Of a stretch of DNA of 47,755 nt, positions 9,082-17,641 are shown in pieces (positions within the stretch are counted from its first letter, which is position 1; each line of letters opens with the position of its first letter). The notes under the pieces were generated by a model. It did no database searches, was not told where the DNA came from, and worked only from the letters and a program-made list of their open reading frames with translations. Both the position numbers and the translations under genes were made by a program. The stretch lies in NCBI GenBank assembly GCA_040397635.1, contig JBBAVO010000001.1, positions 1 through 47,755 on the forward strand, written 5' to 3'. The stretch is from Pirellulales bacterium (GTDB lineage: Bacteria > Planctomycetota > Planctomycetia > Pirellulales > UBA1268).

Positions 9082-9813
9082 ATGGGCCGATCGGGGCTGC
9101 CAACCACGCTCGTCATCTGCTGTCCGCTCCCGTCCGGGATGCCGCAGGCAACTGCGGAGGCATGCCTGGAGTCGGGACGCCGGGCCGCGCTGCCGGTGAC
9201 ATGGATCGCGGCGATCGACCGGCTGCCGCTCATCCCGCTCATCATGGAAGAGCGACGCACCCCGGCGCCGCTGCATGTCGCCCTGGAGATTCCCGCCAAC
9301 CAGTCTCGGCAGGAACTCCGGCAGTTGCTCGCGCGGGCCGCGGCCGACGCTCCCGGTCTTGATGCGGCCGCGATCCGGGGACCGTTGCCGGCGGAACACC
9401 GGCGGGTGCTGGTCGACAGCGGCATGAGGGTCGTCTGCCGTGACCAACTGGACGACACCCCCCGCGGCTCCCGCCGTCCAGCACCTCATGGCTGGCCGTG
9501 CCGCAGCACGCTCTGGGGCCTCTGGGAGGTGACGCAGACACCGGCAACGCCACCGGGCCTCGTCAGTCGCCTGCTGCCCTGGGGCTCCCCGTCTGGGCCT
9601 CGGTCTGGCTCGCTGGCCGTCGTCGATATTGGAGGGCAGGGGCCGGTTGCTGACGCCGCGTCGATTCGCGGACGGATGGAGCAGTGGCGGTCTTGGGCGG
9701 AGCGGCAAAGAACGACGGGCGAGGTGGTGTTTGCCACCCTCTCAGAACTGCCCGCGCTGATCGCGGGCGCTGGCCGGCTCCCCGTGGGTGGCTCAGTCTT
9801 GAAGGCGGCCTAA
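9082..9813 (+). CDS. hypothetical protein (243 aa)
   Basis: Strong GC3 bias in this frame and ordinary amino-acid composition. No motif I can name. The competing minus-strand ORFs (8440..9708, 8673..9458) are Arg/Pro/Gly junk. Confidence 0.5.
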   Translation: MGRSGLPTTLVICCPLPSGMPQATAEACLESGRRAALPVTWIAAIDRLPLIPLIMEERRTPAPLHVALEIPANQSRQELRQLLARAAADAPGLDAAAIRGPLPAEHRRVLVDSGMRVVCRDQLDDTPRGSRRPAPHGWPCRSTLWGLWEVTQTPATPPGLVSRLLPWGSPSGPRSGSLAVVDIGGQGPVADAASIRGRMEQWRSWAERQRTTGEVVFATLSELPALIAGAGRLPVGGSVLKAA

Positions 9814-9864
9814 CGGGCGGTCTAGCGGCCGGTCTGGCCGGCCCTCACACGAGAACCCACCGGT

Positions 9865-10050
9865 TCACCGGCGCGGCTTCTCCATGATCGTCCAGCTCAT
9901 GTAGGCCAAAATCGCACTGCTGACGATAAAACCGATGTCGGTCAGGATGCTGACCCGCTGAAACGGAAACCCAGCCGCCAGATCGGCGAGGAACAGGATC
10001 GCGACAAGCCCCGACATGATCATCCCGACAAACGGCATCAATTTCGACAC
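9865..10050 (-). CDS. small hypothetical membrane protein (61 aa, two TM helices)
   Basis: MSKLMPFVGMIMSGLVAILFLADL...DIGFIVSSAILAYMSWTI shows a clean hydrophobic pattern and coding-like codon use. It is divergent from coaD. Confidence 0.5.
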   Translation of the reverse strand: MSKLMPFVGMIMSGLVAILFLADLAAGFPFQRVSILTDIGFIVSSAILAYMSWTIMEKPRR

Positions 10051-10208
10051 AGGGTCCTTACCTCCAGCACACGGGCATTTGCACCACCGGCAGTTCCCTT
10101 ACGATATCGGCTATCTCGGGCGATGCCATCGCCCTGCGGCCCACGGCGTTCTTATTGCCTTGAAGCCCGCCTGACGGAAACACCAGCAGGGCCTGTGAGC
10201 CCACCCCG

Positions 10209-10745
10209 ATGCCTCCCGGAGCCCTCGCCACCGTGGTCCAGCACGCCCCCCACCGCCGCACCGCCGTCTACACCGGATCGTTCGACCCGATCACCCTCGG
10301 TCATCTCGACGTGATCGAGCGGGCCAGCCGAATCTTCGACGCGATCGTCGTCGGCGTCGGCATCAACCCGGAGAAGCAGCCCATCTTTTCGCTGGCCGAA
10401 CGGGTGCAACTCGTCCGCGAATCCGTTGCCGGCCTGCCCAACGTCCGCGTCGAGCTGTTCAGCGGACTGTCGGTGGCTTTCGTGCGCGAGCAGGGGGCCC
10501 ACGTGCTCCTGCGCGGCGTACGGTCGCTGACCGACATCGATGCGGAGTTCACCATGACGCTGGCCAACCGGAAGCTCGATCCGGCGGTTGAGACGGTGTT
10601 CCTGATGGCCGACGCCCAGTATTCACACATTTCATCGTCGCTGCTCAAGCAGATCACGCCGCTGGCCGACGACAACGCGCTGCTCAAATTCGTGCCGCCG
10701 CCAGTGGTGGCCCCGCTCCGCCGCACGCTCTCCGGCCCGGCGTGA
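10209..10745 (+). CDS. coaD: phosphopantetheine adenylyltransferase
   Basis: AVYTGSFDPITLGHLDVIERA (the HxGH-type nucleotidyltransferase motif), LLRGVRSLTDIDAEFTMTLANR and ISSSLLKQI. Confidence 0.9.
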   Translation: MPPGALATVVQHAPHRRTAVYTGSFDPITLGHLDVIERASRIFDAIVVGVGINPEKQPIFSLAERVQLVRESVAGLPNVRVELFSGLSVAFVREQGAHVLLRGVRSLTDIDAEFTMTLANRKLDPAVETVFLMADAQYSHISSSLLKQITPLADDNALLKFVPPPVVAPLRRTLSGPA

Positions 10746-10843
10746 CGGCTGGCTCGATGCCGTAGGGCTGACTCGCCGGGCGGGCTCCCCCGTGGCGGCA
10801 AGTTTTCAACTTGTCCGTGTCCCCCGCTCGCATTCCACAAGTT

Positions 10844-10862
10844 AAAAACTCGTGGCCACGAG
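10844..10862 (-). terminator. putative intrinsic terminator downstream of mcsB
   Basis: Perfect 14-nt palindrome CTCGTGGCCACGAG (10849-10862). On the minus strand it is followed by TTTTT (plus-strand AAAAA at 10844-10848). Confidence 0.5.
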
Positions 10863-10905
10863 AAACTGGCTAAGGACGGGCATCCGCCCGTCAGGGCGAC
10901 AGGCC

Positions 10906-10923
10906 GTCGTGTTTTTCGTGTAT
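10906..10923 (-). repeat. partial copy (18-mer ATACACGAAAAACACGAC) of the stop-codon-adjacent hairpin repeat
   Basis: The reverse complement of 10906-10923 is identical to 47679-47696. In both places the 18-mer starts at the first base after a stop codon (mcsB TGA, proS TAG). Confidence 0.8.
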
Positions 10924-12000
10924 TCAGTTGACGTTCTGTCCGCCGGCCTCGAAGTGCTGCCGCAGGTAGCGGGCCCGCTCGATATTGCGGTCTTTCGTGT
11001 CCAATTCGACGCCCCGGATCTTCTGGAGATGGGCGGGCTGGGTGCGGACCAAGAGCGAGTTGATGTCGGCGATCTTCACGTCGCCGATCAGTCCGAGGAG
11101 CACGCCCATCCTCACCCGCGACAGCAACTGCATCGTCTCCTCGGCGCTGATCGTCTGGGCGGTCCGCAGGATGCCATAGGCGCGGCTCACCTGGTCGTGC
11201 ACATTCTGCTCGGTCTCGCGGACGAGAAATTCCCGGGCTCGCCGCTCGTAGTCGATCAGCACCGGCACCACGTCTCCGACCTGCTCCACCAGTTCTTGCT
11301 CCGACTTGCCGAGCGTGGTCTGGTTGGAGATCTGGTAGAAGTCGCCCATCGCCTGCGAGCCCTCGCCATAGAGGCCGCGGACCGCCAGCGAGATCTTGTG
11401 GAGGCTGCGAAACACCTTGTCAATCTGCCGGGTGATCACCAGCGCCGGCAGGTGCAGCATCACGCTCACGCGGATCCCAGTGCCCACATTGGTCGGGCAG
11501 GCGGTGAGATAGCCAAACCGTGGATGAAAGGCATACGGCACGAACTGCTCGATCTGTTCATCGACCACCTTGATCTGCTCCCAGACTCCGCGGAGGTCGA
11601 GGCCGCTGTGGATGCACTGGATGCGGAGGTGATCCTCTTCGTTGATCATCAGGCTGACCTGCTCGAGCTTGTCGATAGCCACACTCCGCGCCCCCTGGGC
11701 ATCGGCGTGCTCCCGACTGATCAACTGCCGTTCGACGAGAAACTGGCGGTCGATCTCCTCGAGCCCGCCCACGTCGATCGATTCGAGTCCCGGGCCCGCC
11801 GAAGACATCGCGATCCGTTCCCGCAGAAACCGCTCGATGTCGGCGCGATCCTGCTCGGACGCCCGGCTCACGAACGGATACTGCGGCAGGTTGCGGGCCA
11901 GCCGCACCCTGCTGCTCATGACGATATCCGACTCTGGCCCGGTGCCCCGAAGCCATTCACCGATCGATTGGGCGAGCGTGTCAAGTTTCATGATCTGCAT
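10924..12000 (-). CDS. mcsB: protein arginine kinase (ATP:guanido phosphotransferase, McsB family)
   Basis: SSRVRLARNL..YPF, INEEDHLRIQ, and CPTNVGTGIRVSVMLHLPAL, the guanidino-kinase active-site Cys motif. It lies immediately downstream of an McsA-like gene. Confidence 0.85.
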   Translation of the reverse strand: MQIMKLDTLAQSIGEWLRGTGPESDIVMSSRVRLARNLPQYPFVSRASEQDRADIERFLRERIAMSSAGPGLESIDVGGLEEIDRQFLVERQLISREHADAQGARSVAIDKLEQVSLMINEEDHLRIQCIHSGLDLRGVWEQIKVVDEQIEQFVPYAFHPRFGYLTACPTNVGTGIRVSVMLHLPALVITRQIDKVFRSLHKISLAVRGLYGEGSQAMGDFYQISNQTTLGKSEQELVEQVGDVVPVLIDYERRAREFLVRETEQNVHDQVSRAYGILRTAQTISAEETMQLLSRVRMGVLLGLIGDVKIADINSLLVRTQPAHLQKIRGVELDTKDRNIERARYLRQHFEAGGQNVN

Positions 12001-12024
12001 GCGGAAAGACCCTGCGGCATTCCG

Positions 12025-12597
12025 TCACTCCTGTGACTCCGGGCGGGCGGGGGGGATCCAACGGTCCTCGATCGCCCGGATGGCATCGCGGTTTTCCTTG
12101 GCCTTTTCGTAATCTTCGCGGACGATAGCATCCTTCATCTCCTGGCGGAGCCCGATCACGCCAGTCAGTTCGGCCGTGCCAGACGCGGCGGCAGTTTCCG
12201 CCATTGTCGGCGAACGTGACGGCCGCCTGCCGGTGTGCTCGGTCGCACCGTGGATGTTCGCGATCAGCGGCTCCAGCTCCTTGGCAAACTGCACGTAGTC
12301 GTGCGGGCAGCCCAGTCGCCCCTGGTTGCGAAACTCAAAAAACGTGATCCCGCACATGTCGCAGGCCTTCTGGTCGAGCGCAGCCAGTTCGTCGGCCGTC
12401 TGGCCAACGCCGAGTTGGCCGGCGGCACCGCCCGCTGCGGCGGCGTCCTCGGCCTCGTCGGCGGAGCCCCCGCTGCCCTCGGTCTGGTTGAGGTAGACGC
12501 GCGCGTGATCCTCGCAGAGGTGAAGTTCACGGACGGCACCGGTCTCGAGTTCCGTGATGTGGAACACCGCCTGCTTCTCGCACTGCTGACACTTCAT
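12025..12597 (-). CDS. mcsA: McsA-like activator (zinc-finger and UVR-motif protein)
   Basis: ATG at 12597 gives MKCQQCEKQAVFHITE...LHLCEDHA, then CDMCGITFFEFRNQGRLGCPHDY (two CxxC-type fingers), and a C-terminal UVR-like LRQEMKDAIVREDYEKAKENRDAIRAIE. The rest of ORF 12025..13869 is antisense to trpE. Confidence 0.8.
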   Translation of the reverse strand: MKCQQCEKQAVFHITELETGAVRELHLCEDHARVYLNQTEGSGGSADEAEDAAAAGGAAGQLGVGQTADELAALDQKACDMCGITFFEFRNQGRLGCPHDYVQFAKELEPLIANIHGATEHTGRRPSRSPTMAETAAASGTAELTGVIGLRQEMKDAIVREDYEKAKENRDAIRAIEDRWIPPARPESQE

Positions 12598-12743
12598 GGC
12601 TGTCACGTCCTGCCTGGGGTCACGAGGCTGCCGCCTCACTGCGTTCACCGCCTCTGAATCCTCTGCTGAATCATAGCGGCCGGCAGGCTGAAGGTCGCCT
12701 TCGGTGCGGCGGCGAGCCGCAAACCGGCATCCTTGTCCTTGTT

Positions 12744-12764
12744 CCGCGGGCTTGTTGCCCGCGG
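12744..12764 (+). promoter_or_regulatory. strong GC hairpin in the trpE 5' leader
   Basis: CCGCGGGC-TTGTT-GCCCGCGG (8-bp stem), about 60 nt upstream of the trpE ATG. A GTTTTCC run follows about 20 nt later. Function unknown. Confidence 0.3.
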
Positions 12765-12825
12765 GGAACTGACGATACTGTGGGCTGTTTTCCTGGCGAC
12801 ACGCCGCCCCAGCATCCATCCATCC

Positions 12826-14361
12826 ATGCCGCACCTTCCCGACCGGCACCGCTTCGACGTCCTGGCGCAGACCCATCGGCTCGTGCCGGTCTACCGCCGG
12901 CTGTTCGCCGATGGCCTGACGCCCCTGTCGGCGTTTGCCCGGATCGATGCGGGAGAATCGGCCTGTCTGTTTGAGAGCGTTGTCGGGGGCGAGAAGGTCG
13001 GCCGCTACAGCTTTCTGGGCGCCGAGCCCTTCCTCCGGTTCGAAGCCTTCGGTGCAAGAGTGCGGATCACGCGGGCCGGCTCGGACGAGGTGGAGGAGTT
13101 CGAGTCGTCCGACCCGCTCTCCGATCTCGAGCGGCGGATGGCGGCCCATCGGCCGGCCCACCTGCCGGAACTTCCGCCGTTCACCAGTGGCGCAGTGGGA
13201 TACGCGGCTTACGACTCTGTGCGATACGCGGAGCGGCTGCCCCACCCGCCGGTCGATGACCTCCACCTCCCTGACCTCAGCTTCGCTTTCTACGATCGGC
13301 TGCTCGTCTTCGACAACGTCACCAAGTCGCTCGATATCGTGGTGCTGGCCCACGTCGAGAACGATTCCCCCGCGGCCGCGGCGAGAGGCCATGCGGAGGC
13401 CTGCCGCCGCATCGACGCGACGATCGAGCAACTGTTTCAACCGAGCCCTTGGCCGTCGGCGGCCGACATCGGCCCGCGACGGGAGCCCCGCTGCCTCACC
13501 GAGGGCACGGCCCGGGCTGCCTCGACTCGAGAAGAGTTTCTGGCCGCTACCGAGAAGGCCATCGAATACATCCGTGCCGGCGACATCTTCCAGGTGGTGC
13601 TCAGCCGGCGTCTGGAGATACCCTTCGACCTGCCGCCACTCGAACTCTACCGCACGCTGCGGGTGGTGAACCCCAGCCCCTTCATGTTCTACCTGCGGAC
13701 CCCCGCCGCCACGCTCGTGGGCAGTTCGCCCGAGATCATGGTCCGCGTGGTGGACGGTGAGGTGACGGTGCGGCCTCTGGCTGGCACCCGACCGCGTGGG
13801 AAAACGCCTGAAGAAGACGCGATCCTGGCAGCCGGCCTGCTGGCCGACCCCAAGGAGCGGGCAGAGCATGTGATGCTTATCGATCTGGGCCGCAACGACG
13901 TCGGCCGCGTCTCGACCATCGGCTCAGTCGCGCTCAGCGACGTGATGTCGATCGAGCGGTACAGCCACGTGATGCACATCACGAGCAATGTCAGCGGCCA
14001 GCTCACCCCCGGCACGACGGCCTTCGATGCCCTACGAGCCTGCCTGCCCGCCGGCACGGTCTCCGGGGCCCCCAAGATTCGGGCCATGCAGATCATCGAC
14101 GAACTGGAGCCCCGCAAACGCGGCCCCTATGCCGGAGCGGTGGGCTACATCGACTTCAGCGGCGCGATGGACACCTGCATCGCCCTGCGCACGGTGGTGA
14201 TCACCGGTGGAAAGGCCTACGTGCAGTCGGGCGCCGGGATCGTGGCCGACAGCGTGCCGGAGAGCGAATTCCAGGAAACGCTCAACAAGGCGAAGGGGCT
14301 GCTCGTATCGTTGGAAATGACCGCCGAGCGGCTGGGCAAGCGAACCTCTCCGGTGCGGTAG
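12826..14361 (+). CDS. trpE: anthranilate synthase component I
   Basis: LVPVYRRLFADGLTPLSAF, SPFMFYL, LAGTRPRG, ERAEHVMLIDLGRNDVGRV, GAPKIRAMQII and GAVGYIDF. Start taken at ATG 12826 (MPHLPD). Confidence 0.9.
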   Translation: MPHLPDRHRFDVLAQTHRLVPVYRRLFADGLTPLSAFARIDAGESACLFESVVGGEKVGRYSFLGAEPFLRFEAFGARVRITRAGSDEVEEFESSDPLSDLERRMAAHRPAHLPELPPFTSGAVGYAAYDSVRYAERLPHPPVDDLHLPDLSFAFYDRLLVFDNVTKSLDIVVLAHVENDSPAAAARGHAEACRRIDATIEQLFQPSPWPSAADIGPRREPRCLTEGTARAASTREEFLAATEKAIEYIRAGDIFQVVLSRRLEIPFDLPPLELYRTLRVVNPSPFMFYLRTPAATLVGSSPEIMVRVVDGEVTVRPLAGTRPRGKTPEEDAILAAGLLADPKERAEHVMLIDLGRNDVGRVSTIGSVALSDVMSIERYSHVMHITSNVSGQLTPGTTAFDALRACLPAGTVSGAPKIRAMQIIDELEPRKRGPYAGAVGYIDFSGAMDTCIALRTVVITGGKAYVQSGAGIVADSVPESEFQETLNKAKGLLVSLEMTAERLGKRTSPVR

Positions 14362-14396
14362 CAACGATCGACGCAGGGCATCCCGCAGGCCGGGAG

Positions 14397-15350
14397 ATGA
14401 GGGCCACCATGATCCGCTTCGACCGCGTTATCGTGGAACGCCGTGGCCAGATGGTGATCGACCGCCTGTCGCTGGAGGTGCCTCCAAGCGCCACGCTGGC
14501 CGTCATCGGCCGCGACGGCGCCGGCAAGAGCACGCTCGTGGAAGCACTCGCCACGGCCATACCGGTCCGGGGCGGTGACATCCTGCTCGCCGGCCACTCT
14601 GTCCGTCGCGATCCCGATGCCGTGCGGGCCCGCCTCGGCTACGCGCCCGCACAGCTTGCCGGGTGGCCGGCCGTGCGGGTCGATGAGTTCCTGGCACTCT
14701 TCGGCAGTGCGGCGGGCCTGACCGGCCAAGGGCTGCAGGCCGCCGTGAACCGGGCCCTCGATCTGGCAGGGCTGAAGGGCAGGGGGGCCGCGCCGATCGA
14801 TGGCCTGCCCGCCGGACAGGCGAAACTGCTGCTGATCGGCCGGGCGCTTCTGCACTCGCCCGATCTGCTCGTGCTCGACGATCCTTTCAACGGCCTCGAC
14901 CCGCGGCAGCGCCAGTCGGTCGAGCGACTGATCGGTGACCTGCAGATTGGTGGTCACACGGTCGTGGCCACGATTGACGATGCCCGCGTGCCCGACTGTT
15001 TCACGCATCTGGCGGTGCTCGCGGAGGGAAGGCTCCTGCACGACGGCCCCGCGACCTTTGCGGCCTTCTCCGCGGGTCGCCCGTGGCGGTATCGCCTCCA
15101 CTGTCCAGGGCAGGCCGAGACGGCTGTTGCCCTGATCGGTCGGCTTGTCGGCCGGCTGGCGGACCGCGTCGAAGCCGTCGATGCCACGATCCTCGAATGC
15201 ACGATCGAGTTCTCACCGGCCGCCACGATGGACTCCCCGCAGCGGGCTCTCTCCGAGATCGTCGCCGCGCTCGCACGGGCAGGGATCGCCGTCGAGGAGG
15301 CCGGCCTGCATCCGCAATGGACCGAGCAGTTGGTCGAGCCGCTGGTCTAG
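14397..15350 (+). CDS. ABC transporter ATP-binding protein, orphan, with degenerate catalytic motifs
   Basis: Walker A GRDGAGKST, a signature-like LPAGQAKLLL (instead of LSGGQ), Walker B LLVLDDP (Asp where the catalytic Glu is expected), and a D-loop GLD. No His is visible at the expected H-loop position (TVVATIDD). The C-terminal extension is about 95 aa. No permease gene is adjacent. Confidence 0.75.
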   Translation: MRATMIRFDRVIVERRGQMVIDRLSLEVPPSATLAVIGRDGAGKSTLVEALATAIPVRGGDILLAGHSVRRDPDAVRARLGYAPAQLAGWPAVRVDEFLALFGSAAGLTGQGLQAAVNRALDLAGLKGRGAAPIDGLPAGQAKLLLIGRALLHSPDLLVLDDPFNGLDPRQRQSVERLIGDLQIGGHTVVATIDDARVPDCFTHLAVLAEGRLLHDGPATFAAFSAGRPWRYRLHCPGQAETAVALIGRLVGRLADRVEAVDATILECTIEFSPAATMDSPQRALSEIVAALARAGIAVEEAGLHPQWTEQLVEPLV

Positions 15351-15366
15351 CTGGCTGCTCCGCGGC

Positions 15367-16206
15367 TTACCGGGCCGTGGCCGCGACGAGGTCGCCGACA
15401 TAGCCTTCGAGCCCGCGAAGAAAGGCTTCGCGGGGCTGGTTCGCCGCCTCGGCCAGGTGGCGGACCACCGCCGAGCCCACGATCACGCCGTCGGCCACCG
15501 CCGCCACCGCCCGTGCCTGCTCCGGGCTCGAAATCCCGAAGCCCACGAGGATCGGCACGTCGGTCTTCGTCCGCAGCCACTGCACCCGCTCGATCAGGCC
15601 CGCGGGCAGATCCGTGCGGGCCCCGGTCACCCCGGCCACCGACACGCAGTAGAGGAAGCCGGTGGATTTGCGGGCGATCGCCTCGGCCCGCTCCGGCGGC
15701 GTGGTGGGCGTGACGAGTCGGACAAGGGCCAGGCCCGCCTGCCGACAGGCCGCATCGAGCTGATCTGATTCTTCGATCGGCAGGTCGGGCACCACGAATC
15801 CCGTCAGCCCCGCCGCCTTCGCATCGGCCACAAAGCGGTCGATTCCACGGCGATAGATCAGCGAGTAGCTGGCCATGGCGAGGATCGGCATCTTCACCCG
15901 CTGCGTCGCCTGCCGGGAGAGTTCGAAGAGCCGCTCAAGCGTGAAACCAGCGGCCAGGGCCCGCGTGTAGGACGACTGGATCACCGGGCCGTCGGCGATC
16001 GGGTCGCTGTAGGGCACGCCGAGTTCACAGAGCGAAGCCCCGGCCCGGTCGAGCGACTCGAGCACGGCGAGCGTTGTCTCCATGTCCGGATCACCAGCCG
16101 TCACAAACGGTGCCAATGCGGCGCGGCCCTGTGTTTGCAGCGTCGTGAACACGTCCGCGAGCACAGAGACTTTCGAAGGACCGGCTGCCGTGGAACTGGC
16201 TGACAT
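15367..16206 (-). CDS. trpA: tryptophan synthase alpha chain
   Basis: LAPFVTAGDPD, ELGVPYSDPIADGPVIQ, YCVSVAGVTGAR and VGFGISSPEQA. Confidence 0.9.
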   Translation of the reverse strand: MSASSTAAGPSKVSVLADVFTTLQTQGRAALAPFVTAGDPDMETTLAVLESLDRAGASLCELGVPYSDPIADGPVIQSSYTRALAAGFTLERLFELSRQATQRVKMPILAMASYSLIYRRGIDRFVADAKAAGLTGFVVPDLPIEESDQLDAACRQAGLALVRLVTPTTPPERAEAIARKSTGFLYCVSVAGVTGARTDLPAGLIERVQWLRTKTDVPILVGFGISSPEQARAVAAVADGVIVGSAVVRHLAEAANQPREAFLRGLEGYVGDLVAATAR

Positions 16207-16298
16207 GGATCGATTCCTCGTGACTGAAGCGGTGACTCACTCGATGACTCAACCAACACGAACTCAAGCTTGACGATCTCGTGCAGCCCGCCAGCCCA

Positions 16299-17546
16299 TC
16301 ATGCCTGGGCCGATGTGCCGTCAGCCGACAGCCCTCGGAGCCGGGCGATCTCGGCGGCATCCTTGTCGCCGCGGCCCGACAGACAGACGACGAGAATCTC
16401 CTGCGGCGGCCGCCGGCCTGCCTCCTCCATCGCCCAGGCCAGGGCATGCGATGTCTCGAGCGCCGGCAGGATACCCTCCCGCTGCGCCACAAGGTCGAAG
16501 GCATCGAGCGCCTCGGCGTCGGTCACGCTCGTGTATTCCACCCGGCCAGCGTCACGCCAGTAGCTGTGCTCGGGACCGACGCCCGGATAGTCGAGACCAG
16601 CCGACACGGAGTGGACGTCCGCCGTCTGGCCGTCGGCATCCTGCAGCACGTAGCTCAGACTGCCATGGAGAATCCCGGGGCTGCCGTAGCTGAGACTGGC
16701 GGCGTGGTCGCCCGGCTTGCCAGACCGTCCGCCGGCCTCGACACCCACGAGACGAACCTCCTGGTGATCAACGAAGGGATAAAACATCCCCGCCGCATTG
16801 CTGCCGCCACCCACGCAGGCCACCACGGTATCGGGCAGGCGGCCGAGCTGCCGGCGGCACTGTTCGACCGTCTCCCGGCCGATCACCGACTGGAAGTCGC
16901 GAACAATCCGCGGAAAGGGATGCGGGCCGACGACCGAGCCGATGATGTAGTGCGTCGTCTCAACAGACCCCATCCAGTCGCGCATCGCCTCGTTGATCGC
17001 GTCGCGGAGCGTCCGTGAGCCACTTTCGACCGGCCGCACCTCCGCCCCCATGAACCGCATGTTGCGGACGTTGGGTGCCTGCCGCCGCACGTCCTCGGAC
17101 CCCATGTAGACGACGCAGTCGAGACCGAAGCGGGCACAGGCCGTCGCCGTGGCCACGCCATGCTGGCCGGCACCGGTCTCGGCGATGATCCGCCGCTTGC
17201 CCATGCGGATCGCCAAGAGTCCCTGGCCGAGCGTGTTGTTGATCTTGTGAGCGCCGGTGTGACTCAAGTCCTCGCGCTTGAAGTAAATCTGGGCACCGCC
17301 AGCGAGTTCGGTGAGCCGCTTGGCGAAGAGCAGGGGAGTGGGCCGGCCGACAAACGCTCCCAACAGGCCGTCGAGTTCCGCCGTGAACGCCGGATCGGCG
17401 ATCGCCTCGTTGTAGGCCTGCTCGAGCTGCTCGAGTGCCGCGGAGAGTGTCTCAGGCACATACCGGCCGCCAAACCGGCCGAATCGCCCCAAGGTATCGG
17501 GCACCTGCGAAAGGGGCGTTGCGGCGGACGGGAGTGCTGGTGTCAT
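16299..17546 (-). CDS. trpB: tryptophan synthase beta chain
   Basis: [27 protein letters not shown] (PLP lysine), [12 protein letters not shown] and [10 protein letters not shown]. Start taken at ATG 17546; an upstream ATG at 17624 is possible. Confidence 0.9.
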   Translation of the reverse strand: MTPALPSAATPLSQVPDTLGRFGRFGGRYVPETLSAALEQLEQAYNEAIADPAFTAELDGLLGAFVGRPTPLLFAKRLTELAGGAQIYFKREDLSHTGAHKINNTLGQGLLAIRMGKRRIIAETGAGQHGVATATACARFGLDCVVYMGSEDVRRQAPNVRNMRFMGAEVRPVESGSRTLRDAINEAMRDWMGSVETTHYIIGSVVGPHPFPRIVRDFQSVIGRETVEQCRRQLGRLPDTVVACVGGGSNAAGMFYPFVDHQEVRLVGVEAGGRSGKPGDHAASLSYGSPGILHGSLSYVLQDADGQTADVHSVSAGLDYPGVGPEHSYWRDAGRVEYTSVTDAEALDAFDLVAQREGILPALETSHALAWAMEEAGRRPPQEILVVCLSGRGDKDAAEIARLRGLSADGTSAQA

Positions 17547-17641
17547 GATCGTGGCCGTGGCGGTGAGGGAACGTCGAACAAACCGAACGCCTTCGATTGT
17601 AGCCTGCCACGGCATTGCTACCATCGAACATCTGGTGAAAT

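Noticed and set aside
8440-9708. 422-aa minus-strand ORF overlapping the hemD 3' end and the 243-aa hypothetical gene.
   Set aside because: The translation is extremely Arg/Pro/Gly-rich. The plus-strand frame shows the expected GC3 bias and normal composition.
10852-12036. 394-aa plus-strand ORF over the mcsB locus.
   Set aside because: The antisense partner, mcsB, carries the guanidino-kinase active-site motif. This frame has no motifs and an aberrant His/Asp/Leu-rich composition.
12598-12825. Classical trp attenuation leader peptide upstream of trpE.
   Set aside because: There is no short ORF with tandem Trp codons and no terminator/antiterminator pair with a T-tract. Only isolated hairpins are present.
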